Assembly: GCA_964247055.1 (NCBI GenBank)
Contig: OZ176053.1
Coordinates: 4,340,001-4,404,000, forward strand
Length of the DNA stretch: 64,000 bases
Source of the DNA: Paragordius varius
Taxonomy: Eukaryota; Animalia; Nematomorpha
Direction: 5' to 3'
Shown here: positions 53,001-63,750 of the stretch, in pieces
How the letters are laid out: each line of letters begins with the position of its first letter
How positions within the stretch are numbered: position 1 is the stretch's first letter
Translations under genes and position numbers: made by a program
Notes under the pieces: model-generated
Databases searched by the model: none
Told to the model about the DNA's origin: nothing
What the model saw: the letters and a program-made list of their open reading frames with translations, nothing else

Positions 53001-56000
53001 GATGGCGTAGTAACTCCACTACTGTTTGATCCAAAAGAAATTCCAGTCTTTAAGAGTGGATATCCTTGGGGTGCTGGTTGGTTTGATTGTTGATTTATAA
53101 CATTATTATTTAATGTGTTGGGATTTGAAAGGGGGCCAGGAAAGAGTGATGTGGTTGATACGGCACCAATCGTATTGGTATATGCCGTATAAAAATTCTG
53201 TATGTATCCACAAAATATAAAAGTTTAGTTTCATTTTCCAAAAAAATTTAAGGTTAATATATATTTTACTGTTTTTGTAAGTTAATGATCTGAAAAATTG
53301 ATAAAGATCTATGAAATATAATGTTTACTGATTATACACAAAAAGTAATTTTGTAACAAAATGTTTAATTTAAAATTTTAATCAAAGAGGTTTTTTTAAT
53401 TTTGCTGAGTAATCTAAATAATTATAATAAAACTTAATGGCAAAAAAATTTTTTAAATAGATAAAAAATATAAATTACATTCAATGTTGTCAGTATGTAA
53501 GTAATTATTTCTGGGGGTAATTGCAAAGCTTTTGGTATAGAATCTTTTCCATTACTGGATGTTGTGTTAAATTGATTATTGACAAATATTTGAGGACATC
53601 TACAAAGATAAAAAAATAATGTTAAAATTAAATATATTGAATTGGTATAAATAGGGTTAGAGGTCTGACAGGTTAATACTATAACCTTTTTAATACCATT
53701 CTTACAATTATACCATATATGTTTCACTAATTTAAAATTAAAATAAGGATTAAAAGTAAATTAAGTCTAAAATGCAAACTTAAATTCCAAAATTTTAATT
53801 GTTATGAAAATCAATTCGATTGAATAATTATTACTTATTTAATTTAGTTTTTTAAATTATTTCCATTTGTAGTTTTATGACTGTAAAATTACAGCATATA
53901 TTAACGCTCGGTCAAACCAGTAATTACTTTTTAAATACCGATTAAAAACAACTTTGTATAAAAGTAACAATGTTTTTTAACATGCATGAATTAACTAAAA
54001 ACTTCAAACCTTCGTCTCAAGAAATACACTAAGGCCCAAAGGAAGGGTTCATTATGTTCTCGTATTTTTTCGGATAACCATTTATCCAACTTCAAATATT
54101 CTCGGCGACTCGCCAAACAAGCCAAATCAATCACGAATCCAAACGATGAACAATTCAAAAGTAATGAGAGAGCCTAAATAATAAAATTTGAGCAAAAATA
54201 TATTTTTTTTGTCTTTAAACACTTTTAACAAAAAAATTATGTTACAGTAACCCATTTAAAAATTTTATAAATATTATATTCTCAAACACTACCATTTATT
54301 TTAACTTTATAGGGATTGTTTATTTTCAAAAAATCTAATTTTTTCATAAATTAATATGATTACTTTTATTGTTGATGAATGTTAAAACTAATTTTTCAAT
54401 ATTTAAAGAAAAAATTAGAAATGAAAAATAAAAAACCTTCAAATCCTGAGCAATATCCAAAATGCGAGAAAGTCGTGTTTGATCATTAGGGTCTTTGACA
54501 TACCATTCAGCCATAGAATGCATTATAAGTGTGCGTGTAATATTTGAATGATACTATTCAATATTTTAGATATGATATTAGAAATGTCGAATTAAATATA
54601 TTTATTTAAATAATACTTTTATTGATGGTCCTAAAATTAAATACGAACCTGATTATGCCAAGCAATCTGTAAGATTAGTAATGAATTGGATGTATTTGAT
54701 AGAAAATGTGGTATAAGAGTCGCAAGTAAATCTTCGCCCAATAGTGTCAAAGGACCTAATTATATATACATATAAATAATATATTTCATTTATTTATAAA
54801 ATAAATTAAATATGAATTCGTATTAAATATAAAAAATATACTTAAAATTAGAAATATTGTAAATAATTTTATACATTACATATACCGTTTTTGCTTAAAA
54901 TATGTGGATATGTATCAGTAAAACAATAATAAATTTATTAATAAACTTTCATTAGATTCCTCTAACTTCTTCGGATCAACCCAAACATAAAATAAAAATA
55001 AAAGATATGTGGATATGTATCAGTAAAACAATAATAAATCTGCTAAAACTATACCTTTAATCTGCAATAGGGCAAAAATCAAAATTTCGGGGCATTGTTG
55101 TAAGGCTGTTCGAAACAGTTCATGCACTCTTTGATAGTGACCACGCTCAGATAATTTCAATAAAGCTTCAATTAAATCCAGTGATTTCCTGAATATTAAT
55201 TAGATAAGGGAAAAGTGATATAAATTAAATCTAGTGAATTATATTAGATATAATTATTGATAACTCCAATTTAACTAAAAATTAGAAAAATATTATAACA
55301 ACGTTTATTATTATTTGGTTTAATTTTTTTTAAAAAGCGGTATTCGTACCATAAAATTAGAAACGGAAGTTATATTACATAATTATAAAAATCTATAAAT
55401 GGCTTACCGCATACTTATACCACACAGGATCCATTTATACCACAAATAATTGAAAAGAAAATATATTTGTTAGAACATGCTTACCAATACCGTTATAAAA
55501 AAGAATTATAATATGGATATTTAAGTGAATTAAAATAATGCTTACCATATATAAATTTTTGGATCTTTTTCTTCCTCGGGACCAAGTTTCAAAATATCGA
55601 TTGAGACTTGACGAGGGGAAAATTCTGCAATATTCAAGATTTCCGGATAATGGACCATAAGTTCCAACCATGATAACTTTAGGTGCAAAAAAACGTAATA
55701 TAAAGTCGACGTTACTATATAAATAAAACGTAAAATTAAATGATAAGTATTTTATGTCAAGCATATTTCAACATGGATTTTTATATAATTCATCGTTTTG
55801 AGGTAAATTAAAAAGAGATGTAAGTTGTTAACACTCAATTCTAAATTAAATGTTAATTAATCAATATATGTAGGGAATATCAAGGTTTAAAATAGTATGA
55901 CTGTCTTTTTTTAAAAGAAGCATTTGCCTTTTAGTTTTTTCGTTTTATCTGTATTTGCTGTGAAAAAATATAAATTAAAAGTATTTGGTTAATAAAAGAG

Positions 56001-59000
56001 TGAAATATTAATCACTTGTTCTTCTGAATTATTCCAATGACGATAGAAAAAATCTAACGGGAACGTTTCCATGTTTGTTTCTAGACCAAGGGTTATGGCC
56101 TCTGTAACCAATTGAAAAGCGAGTTTATCTTTTAAAATAACGCCGGGTTGATCTAATTCATACACCACATCTCTCCAATGAAAATATGGTACCTATAATG
56201 TGTTATTGTTAATTCATATCCCGGTATAATTTCGTAAAACTCTTTTACAATAACATTTTTACATTCAAACTAATTTTATAATGCAGCAAATTTTAAGCGT
56301 GAATAAAAGTTAAAATCATTGAAAATTAGTTCTTTCTAATGTTTTTTTTTTCTAAAGCATAAAATAAAAAACAAAGAGGACATATTATAAATTCCGATAA
56401 AGTATATATTTTTCCCTATTAATAAGGGGCAAATACATTTCATTATTTCAATTTATGTTGTTTTGATTAACATGATATATTACCACTTCTCTCACGGCTT
56501 TAACAAAAACTTCCGTATTCCAAGTGGTTGGTGAATTAGCTTCATAATCCAATTCATTTGGGGTGGGCGGTGCTTGATAATTGGTTGGGTTAGTTCGACA
56601 GCTTTGCTAACAAAAAATTTTCGAAACAAAACAATAATAAGCCAATATTAATGAAACCAAGTTATTATCTTTTTTCTTTAAAATTAAGAGATACACATAT
56701 TTTTTAAACAGACAAAGATATGGTTTAAATCTCAAATATAATTTATGTAAATTACCGTTAAAGATGATATTAATAAATATAATTTGATAATACATTATTA
56801 TAGAATTCACAATTAAATCTCAAAGGGTACATATGAAAAAATCTAAAAGTATGGCTATTGTAAAAAATATTTGTCTTCATCCTTTATTTTTAACAATAAT
56901 AAAAGTTGCATATAAAATGTTGAAATAACACGGTTAAAACTTACGTCATAATACAACTTAATTCCATTTTGTAGATTAGTGTGCGTATTAGCCATAGCAC
57001 CTAAGATCCGCGCAACTGAGGCTGGTGTGATTTCATGGACACCTTTTTTTTACATTATAAAAAATTAAATTAAATTAAATAAAAAAATATTAAACAAATC
57101 AAAAAAAATAAAATAAAAACCAATTTCTATCAAATCATTTTGACAAGATTCAAGATTAGCACAAAAATCGTAACCAAGCTCGACAACCAATTTGGAAACA
57201 TCAACCATTGTTTTAGTGAAAGCGGGTAATTCTTTCGTAAGTTTTGAAGTCATGAGTGGATCTATTAGAAAAAAATTAGTAGGGTAATAAATAATTTTAT
57301 CATTGATATTTGAAATAGTTGTTAATAGACAAATTATTTTAAAAAAAATCAAAGTAAGTAACATTTTGTACAATAACTAATTTTCAAATATATTGCATGT
57401 TTGAATTTCATCCAAAATTACATAGGAAAACATTTATTGTTTAAACGATTTCGTTCACGTAGAAAATAAAATAAAGCTTCTATAAAACAATACTTAAAAC
57501 AAAAAATTTATTATGTGCCAAATTATTGTGTATTTAAAAATTTAATTTTACAAGAGTTGCGTAATCATAAGATAGATAAATTATAAAATTACCTAAATTT
57601 TCATGTGTCATAGAATTGACATTGTAATCCATATTATAAGAATACAGATAGGGTTTTAAGATAAGTGGTGCTTGATCAATCCCAAAATCTATTTTTAAAA
57701 GTATCACAAATTTTAGAGATATACATAATACATTGGCTTATAATGAGCTTTTAATAAATAGTAAACTAATTATATTTTGCTAATAATCATTTACTTTTAC
57801 GATTTTCTAATAAATTAAATCCCTTTTCAAACAAAAAACAATTTAAGGTGAAGATTTAAATTTTGGTATTTAGGAGCCCTGATTAAACATTACAAAATAT
57901 CAAAACAAATCATTTTAAACATTTTTAAATTTGTAGAAAAACATTAAATTATAGATTTAATAAATTAAATAATTAAAAATTGTTTAAAAAAAGTCATTAT
58001 ACGGATATAAAGCTATGCATTTTCTCCAAATTTAGCATTATTATATTTACTCTTATCTAAAAAATAATTATTAGTAAATACTAAATCTGTTTCGTTAACG
58101 AATGTTGTTACAAAATATAAAGATGTTGCATTTATATTGTGTAATAATAATATAATTTAATAAATTACAATATTTTATGGGAAAATATAAAAATAAGATG
58201 TGTAATAACACATACCCTTTTGTAGGACACTGACAAACGGTTTGTATTTAGTGTCAAAGGAACAACCAAATTTTTCCATGTTTTGCAAAACTTCGAAAAT
58301 AACGTTAAGCAAAACATTCATCATTGCATTATCCAACGTTTTAAGGGATGAACTTATTGCTAAGAATAATTAAAAGTTTACTAAATCTGAAAATTAACTT
58401 AAATGAAAAAAATGGTATTTAAAAGGAAAATAATCAAATGGTTAATTTATGATAAATTGCATTTTATACAAATTAACGCTCCAAAATTAAATATAGTGTA
58501 TAAATAATATATTGATATACCGTAATTATAATTAACTTATAAATATTAATAGAAGAAACAAGGTAAAAAATCCATTTAATTTGTTAATGCTCAAATTTAA
58601 ATGTGATAACTAAGCGGAAAAAATATTAAAATTTAAGCTGATATACAATTGTTTATTAAGATTTATTTTAAAACAAAAACATTAATAAAATCTATATTAA
58701 TCTCGTTAAATAATTTCTTTTTTTATTAACAAAGAATACAAGAATCTGATAGCAATAAAATGTTTTGATTGAAAGTGTTTGCCATCATATTAATTTAAAA
58801 ACAAGGTTGTTACAATATAAAACTATTTATTTGTTTAGTTAAAAACCTATCGAATCGGGTTAAAGCGGCACAATGAAAATTGATATTAACAAATATATAC
58901 GGTCATGACCCAAAACTAAAATGACAATCATACAAAAGTATTTTAAACCATTGTATACATCCATTCAAAAGTAAAATCTGATATATTATATTCTCGTCCA

Positions 59001-59562
59001 TTTAAATATAATAAATAATTAAAAATTAAAAATATATATTTGAAAGTTACCCCCTGAGATGTAATTATCTACGAAATCAGATCCTTTGTTTCTTAAGTAG
59101 TAATTAGCATACTGACTGACATCACTATGATGAGAATGTGATAAGCATATCGCAAAAAATAATTCCTCTAGTTTGGTTAACTTAGCAGTTTGCGTTATTG
59201 TATTTAGCAATTGTGGTATATTACAATCCTAAAAATATATTTATTTATAATTACTTGATGCTTCAACAAATTTTCAATGGCAAAACAAAGAAGAGATGAG
59301 AAAGCAGATTTTTTGGATAAAACATTGAATTCTGCTTTGAAAAATCCTTCTTTGACAAAATCTGATTTTGATATTTTTAAAATAAGATTATCCGCATGGA
59401 TTCTTTCACCATCATACCCAAAACATTCAGTCAACTAATTGTAAAAATAATAATTTTAACCTGAATAATTTCAGACACATTGTTTTTAAGCGTTTCATCA
59501 TTCAATGTTCTAAACGCATTATTTATTTCGCTCAAAGCAAACGACAAGGGATCCAAATTCAT
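25079..59562 (-). CDS. CNOT1: CCR4-NOT transcription complex subunit 1, complete gene, 70 exons, 10383-nt CDS, about 3460 aa
   Basis: All introns GT-AG with consistent phases. Exons: 59562-59461, 59434-59255, 59228-59051, 58359-58216, 57688-57593, 57261-57121, 57042-56945, 56606-56484, 56192-56016, 55676-55546, 55188-55055, 54755-54649, 54553-54437, 54173-54010, 53599-53479, 53197-52981, 52074-51966, 51881-51829, 51554-51468, 51080-50889 (or 50886), 50707-50654, 50259-50030, 49044-48906, 48588-48410, 47956-47854, 47424-47280, 46933-46540, 45954-45796, 45463-45281, 44805-44689, 44603-44493, 44242-44108, 42728-42538, 42166-42009, 41300-41043, 40391-40239, 39956-39873, 39418-39290, 38947-38855, 38105-37762, 37394-37236, 37018-36949, 36874-36827, 36316-36139, 35859-35793, 35422-35324, 35214-35097, 34760-34629, 34041-33794, 33390-33190, 32843-32673, 32567-32447, 32370-32166, 31980-31878, 31488-31238, 30953-30871, 30762-30663, 30160-29989, 29626-29489, 29016-28855, 28487-28129, 27789-27672, 27411-27310, 27228-27055, 26869-26765, 26653-26585, 26463-26283, 25903-25771, 25689-25555, 25229-25079. 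Recognised CNOT1 motifs: [152 protein letters not shown]. Confidence 0.96.
28772..28841. repeat. Interrupted (TA)n microsatellite in CNOT1 intron 60
   Basis: Four TA runs separated by TT; ends 13 nt from the donor at 28854. Confidence 0.95.
29090..29119. repeat. (TA)n microsatellite in CNOT1 intron 59
   Basis: TA run with one interruption. Confidence 0.9.
29638..29666. repeat. (TA)n microsatellite in CNOT1 intron 58
   Basis: About 14 units, 11 nt from the acceptor at 29627. Confidence 0.95.
30412..30637. mobile_element. MITE family 1, copy C (right terminus missing)
   Basis: Left TIR TA-CCATTTACAATTCAAATTCACCC and internal sequence as in copy A. The right side ends at aagggtga without the terminal 16 bp. 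Lies in CNOT1 intron 57. Confidence 0.8.
38502..38670 (+). mobile_element. Probable tRNA-derived SINE, near full-length copy in CNOT1 intron 39
   Basis: tRNA-like head GGGAGGCGTGATGTAATAGTAGGTAGGGTGTCGAACTCTTA...GAGTTTAAAACCC with an A-box-like motif and a decayed B-box. Core shared with 18490-18645; A-rich tail. Confidence 0.55.
39434..39687. mobile_element. MITE family 1, copy D
   Basis: Both TIRs and TA flanks present; CNOT1 intron 37. Confidence 0.85.
41339..41366. repeat. (TA)n microsatellite in CNOT1 intron 34
   Basis: 14 units, 38 nt from the acceptor at 41301. Confidence 0.95.
43737..44082. mobile_element. MITE family 1, copy E (longest)
   Basis: Both TIRs and TA flanks present, with four tandem ~19-bp GGTGAATTTGAATTGT units at the right end; CNOT1 intron 32. 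Confidence 0.88.
49709..49996. mobile_element. MITE family 1, copy F, inserted in a (TA)n tract
   Basis: Both TIRs present, with TA runs on both sides (49699-49708 and 49997-50028). The right TA run abuts the donor of CNOT1 exon 22. Confidence 0.88.
54900..55039. repeat. Perfect 35-bp direct repeat enclosing a 70-bp spacer (CNOT1 intron 11)
   Basis: atatgtggatatgtatcagtaaaacaataataaat at 54900-54934 and 55005-55039. Confidence 0.9.
59229..59254 (-). other. 26-nt micro-intron (CNOT1 intron 2)
   Basis: gtaattataaataaatatatttttag. Removal restores LLKHQ|DCNIPQLL, collinear with the known CNOT1 N-terminus. Confidence 0.85.
59435..59460 (-). other. 26-nt micro-intron (CNOT1 intron 1)
   Basis: gttaaaattattatttttacaattag. 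Removal joins [13 protein letters not shown]...SEIIQ to LTECFG in frame. Confidence 0.88.
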
Positions 59563-60010
59563 TTTCTATGGCATTATGTGCAGCTGGTGTTTTTCGTAAA
59601 AATGTATATATGATAATTTATTTTGTAATCAAACTAGTATTCAAAAACCGTATAGTATATTTAAATTTATATGATTATATAGGTCTTAAGAAATTAATTA
59701 TTTCATAAAATTCTAATCTTCATTCGTTTTAGGCAGTTAGGTTTCTCAAGTTTGTTCAAAATATTATAATTATATTATTAATTTGATACAATTAATTCCA
59801 AAATAAGGGAATTTTTTGTTTAAATGTGATGCTAACTCTACTTTAGTTTTAAAGCAAATAAAATTAATCGTTTTTAAAAGCCATTATTTTATATTTTAGG
59901 TGGGTTAAGGTTTAAATAGTAAGAGCAAAGAATCTTTTATAGGCATATCTACACGGTATACACAAAAATATTTTCTGATAAATATGTATATTCTGATAAA
60001 TCTCTCATTT

Positions 60011-61168
60011 CACTGGGTCCAAAATAAGGGGGTAAATCCTGATAAAAATATTTTTTGGTAGGAGCTTAGATCAGGAGTATTATGATGAAGAAAGTTATGT
60101 TAATTTTGTTGTATATGCATATCAAAAAATGGTGAAATTGGCACGCATATTTTTAATAAAATTTATTACCAAAGATAATTGATTCCGAAAAATATCGCTA
60201 AAATATAACATAAACTACCTAAAAAAGCAAAACAATATTTTAAAAAATTTTTGGATGTGGGTCCGAAATCCCATTTTTCACTCTTCTAAAATGGGCTAAT
60301 TTTTTGAATATAAATGCAAAAATGCTAATTGTGCCAAAATTATAATTATATACTATATTTTGACCTCAAAAGATTATAAAGTATACTTTTTAAAAAAATA
60401 TAATTTATATCAAAATTTTGTTGAGGCGCATATCATACTAGATTGGGGAATGATAAGGGTAAAAAAAATTTAAAGATATTATAAATTTTTTATTAATTCG
60501 ATAATGGAGAACATTTCTATTTCCTCAGTACTCAATATTCGTTAATCTTCAAATTTATCTTTTTAAAAAATTCAGCAAACTTTTAAACCTTAAAATTAAA
60601 TGTTCTGAAGAAATAGAAATGTTCGGCATCCTTAAATTTTTATATAAAGTGTTTTATTAATACCTAAAAGGGTTGTACCGTTTTACACGCCTAAAATAGT
60701 ATAATGTACGCTTTAACAAAATTCTGATAGAAATCAAATTTTTGTAAAAGAATGTATTTTTTATAAAATATTTTTTTATGTCAGTGTATATATTTGAAAT
60801 TTTAATCGCGCGATCCCGGCATTGCGGTTATATTAAGAGAACTAACGTAGAAAAGCGAACTTACTTTCGGATCTCACATCTAAAAATTCAAATAAATAAT
60901 TGTTTTGCTTTTCTAGGTAGGTTATCTTATATATTATTGATATTTTTAAATGAAGCATTTAGCTTTCATAAAAAAATTATTTGATAAAATATGTACAAAT
61001 TTTGCCATTTTATGATATCGAGCACTTACAATAAAGATGTAAATAACTTTCTCATATTAACCGTAAGGCCAAACAAAAAGCGCCATGATAATCCTGATAA
61101 ATTTTCCTAACAGAATATGTATATATTTTATCAGGTTATTTTTTATACCCCCCGATTTCGGACGCAGT
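60011..61168. mobile_element. Probable non-autonomous TIR element with CACTG termini (CMC/Chapaev-like?)
   Basis: Left end cactgggtccaaaataagggggtaaatcctgataaaa; reverse complement of the right end cactgcgtccgaaatcgggggtataaaaaataacctgataaaa. The target duplication is not clean (ttt/taa) and there is no transposase ORF. Confidence 0.45.
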
Positions 61169-61494
61169 GTAATAAAAGCAGACATAAATTAAAATTTTAC
61201 GCTGAAAGAAATTAACATCCTCGAATGAGAAAGAGTGATCTCATAACATTTTACAACATTTTGTATAGTTGCCACCATGCTTCAAAATATCATAGAACTC
61301 ACCCTATCAAAATTTTGTTATTAAATAGAAATAAAAATTTCATTTTTTCGGAAAACATTTTTGATATCAATTAGCGTATAATTAATATTTATATTACCCA
61401 ATATCCCTATTGCGTTGATTTTCGGGGAAATCACCCGTTTAAAAATGTGAATAAATTTAGGACTTTCGGATATTGTTTTACCTTTATGTAGTTT

Positions 61495-61497
<3 letters not shown>

Positions 61498-61527
<30 letters not shown>
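61498..61527. repeat. (TA)n microsatellite
   Basis: 15 units. Confidence 0.95.
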
Positions 61528-61530
<3 letters not shown>

Positions 61531-62305
61531 TGATATTTTTTGGATGTGGGCAAATTTTGATATTTTCTGATATGCGGCACTCGCAAAATTTTTTCTAAAT
61601 TACAAAGGGCCAAACCAAAAAACATCGAAGTCCCGATACATTTATCTATAAAAATGTATATATTTAATTAAGAATTTTTATGGGCACTCTGTTATTCACT
61701 TGGTGATTTTGGTTTTGCATACGAGTGATATAACGCTTTTTCTTCCTTTATGGTAACTGCTCATATCAGAAAAACAACACTTGCATACATTTTGTAAATA
61801 AAATTTTTTTTGGTGAAAGCTAAATGCTTAACTCGATAAAATATTCAATTATAACATAAGATGTTTATATTTATTTTGAAATATTAGAAGTAGACTCGGA
61901 ATTTTTTAAAAATATATTGATTTAAATGTATTTTAAGGTGTAAAAATCATAGAATCGCTGTAAATCTACTATTCATGGTAATCCTTATCACAGTTTAATG
62001 TCTTTATATTTAAACTAGGTTTCACGCAATAGTACCTTTAAGATTGACCAAATTGCACCACTTTTACACACAATAAAATAATAAAACCATAAATTAAAAA
62101 AAATTTGATAAAATATCTCAAAACGCTCATCAGCTACATAACGGTGGCTGAACTATGGGCCCGCACTGGAAAGTTTTGCTGGGAAACCAGTGATAAAAAA
62201 ACTTTCATTAACGTTATGTTTATTAATTTGGAGGGAGTGGGTTTTTTGTTTTTTCTGGGTGTCCCTATTTCGAATAACAAGGCCACTGTTACTTTTAGGC
62301 AATCG

Positions 62306-62332
62306 TATATATATATATATATATATATATAT
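62306..62332. repeat. (TA)n microsatellite just upstream of the 62428 ORF
   Basis: 13 units. Confidence 0.95.
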
Positions 62333-62427
62333 GTTAATATTTAAGATGGTGTGTTTACCAGTCTTACCAATAGTATCGAAAACGATTAAGCAGTGCGCAA
62401 CAATCAAATCTATTATTATATTGTTTT

Positions 62428-63750
62428 ATGGATAAAAAAAGCTCTAAACAAACATTAATTAATACATTAAATCACATAGATAATCTTCAAGTTTTGATAA
62501 GGTTATTTTTAAACGACAACGATTTGATAGAACCGTTTGATAAAGACAAAGATGATGCGAGAAAAAGAATGATTTTTGATTCCAACAAAAGAGTAAAAAA
62601 AGATTTGGATCCGGCTTTGAAAAGATTTTGCAATCGCTTTGATGGGATTTTTGCTGATCTTCTATTTATTAAACATCATATTCAAAAACTATACAATGAA
62701 AAAGTGGGTTTTGATCACCATGCTAAACTGATACCAAAAATTGAACAATCTATCAATCTCATGAATACACTTGTATCCGATACTAATCAAATTAAAGAAA
62801 ATGTGGAATTATTACGACAGTCTCATACCCCGAATTTTGGTAATGCAAAAGACGTATCTCTCCTTAATTCGGTTATAGAATCTGTTAATGCAAAAGCCAG
62901 TTTACCGTATAAAATTAGTAACAACAATGCTATAACCGCTATGAATCATCTTCCTATAGAAAGCTCTGTGGTTTATAATCCATCAACACCTAATCTTAAT
63001 TATTATCCTAATAACGTTGTTCAACCAAATAATTATACAGAAATGCCATGTCATCCGGGGGTTTATTTGGATCCTAACACGATAAATCCCCAGAATAAAA
63101 GCTTCTGCAGTTTAGGGTGCACTAATAATAGTCTGCCGACAAATGAGAATTGTCAGAGCCCAGGACATCCACTGTTAAACATGCAAAATAAAGATATTTT
63201 TAATCATTCTGTGGATACGTCAGCCAATTGTCATATGATTCAAAACATACCCCTACAACAATATAAGGTAGAAGGAAACAAAAGGGATTTAATTTCACCG
63301 TTTAACCAATCATCTCTATGTGCGTCTAGCTGCCTACAAAATGTAAATACTTTCCAATGTTCTAATGAACCAAACATCGGACAACCCCCTTTATCCAGGA
63401 TGCCAAATTATGTCGGGGATAATGCTTCGAGTCCACAAAATTTCCAATATGCTCAAATTCCTACTAATCCGACCATGTATTTGGGTGAACCTAATATAAA
63501 CAGACCATATCAAGGGAATCTAGCGATTCAATCTAATAAAATTAACCAAGACAATAAATATTTTAACTGTTTTAGCCCTAGTAATCTGTATACTTGCATA
63601 AATCCTATCCCTACAACGCTTTATCCGGCTGCTAATGATAATAATAATATTAGTACCTGTCAGACCCGATATGAAGATTCGAAAAATCAAAACAATGTGT
63701 CTAATAGTAATCACCCTTTTACTAATACATTTAGCTCAAACAATTTGTGA
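62428..63750 (+). CDS. Hypothetical protein, 440 aa: helical/charged N-terminal ~130 aa and an N/P/Q/S-rich low-complexity C-terminus
   Basis: A 1.3-kb stop-free frame is far too long for chance in this base composition, and it is GC-elevated like the other exons. Family not recognised. The frame is open from 62374, so the N-terminus may be longer. Confidence 0.75.
   Translation: MDKKSSKQTLINTLNHIDNLQVLIRLFLNDNDLIEPFDKDKDDARKRMIFDSNKRVKKDLDPALKRFCNRFDGIFADLLFIKHHIQKLYNEKVGFDHHAKLIPKIEQSINLMNTLVSDTNQIKENVELLRQSHTPNFGNAKDVSLLNSVIESVNAKASLPYKISNNNAITAMNHLPIESSVVYNPSTPNLNYYPNNVVQPNNYTEMPCHPGVYLDPNTINPQNKSFCSLGCTNNSLPTNENCQSPGHPLLNMQNKDIFNHSVDTSANCHMIQNIPLQQYKVEGNKRDLISPFNQSSLCASSCLQNVNTFQCSNEPNIGQPPLSRMPNYVGDNASSPQNFQYAQIPTNPTMYLGEPNINRPYQGNLAIQSNKINQDNKYFNCFSPSNLYTCINPIPTTLYPAANDNNNISTCQTRYEDSKNQNNVSNSNHPFTNTFSSNNL

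Noticed and set aside
59562-59575. AG just upstream of the CNOT1 ATG as a spliced-leader acceptor
   Set aside because: One AG is not evidence; trans-splicing cannot be judged from genomic sequence.
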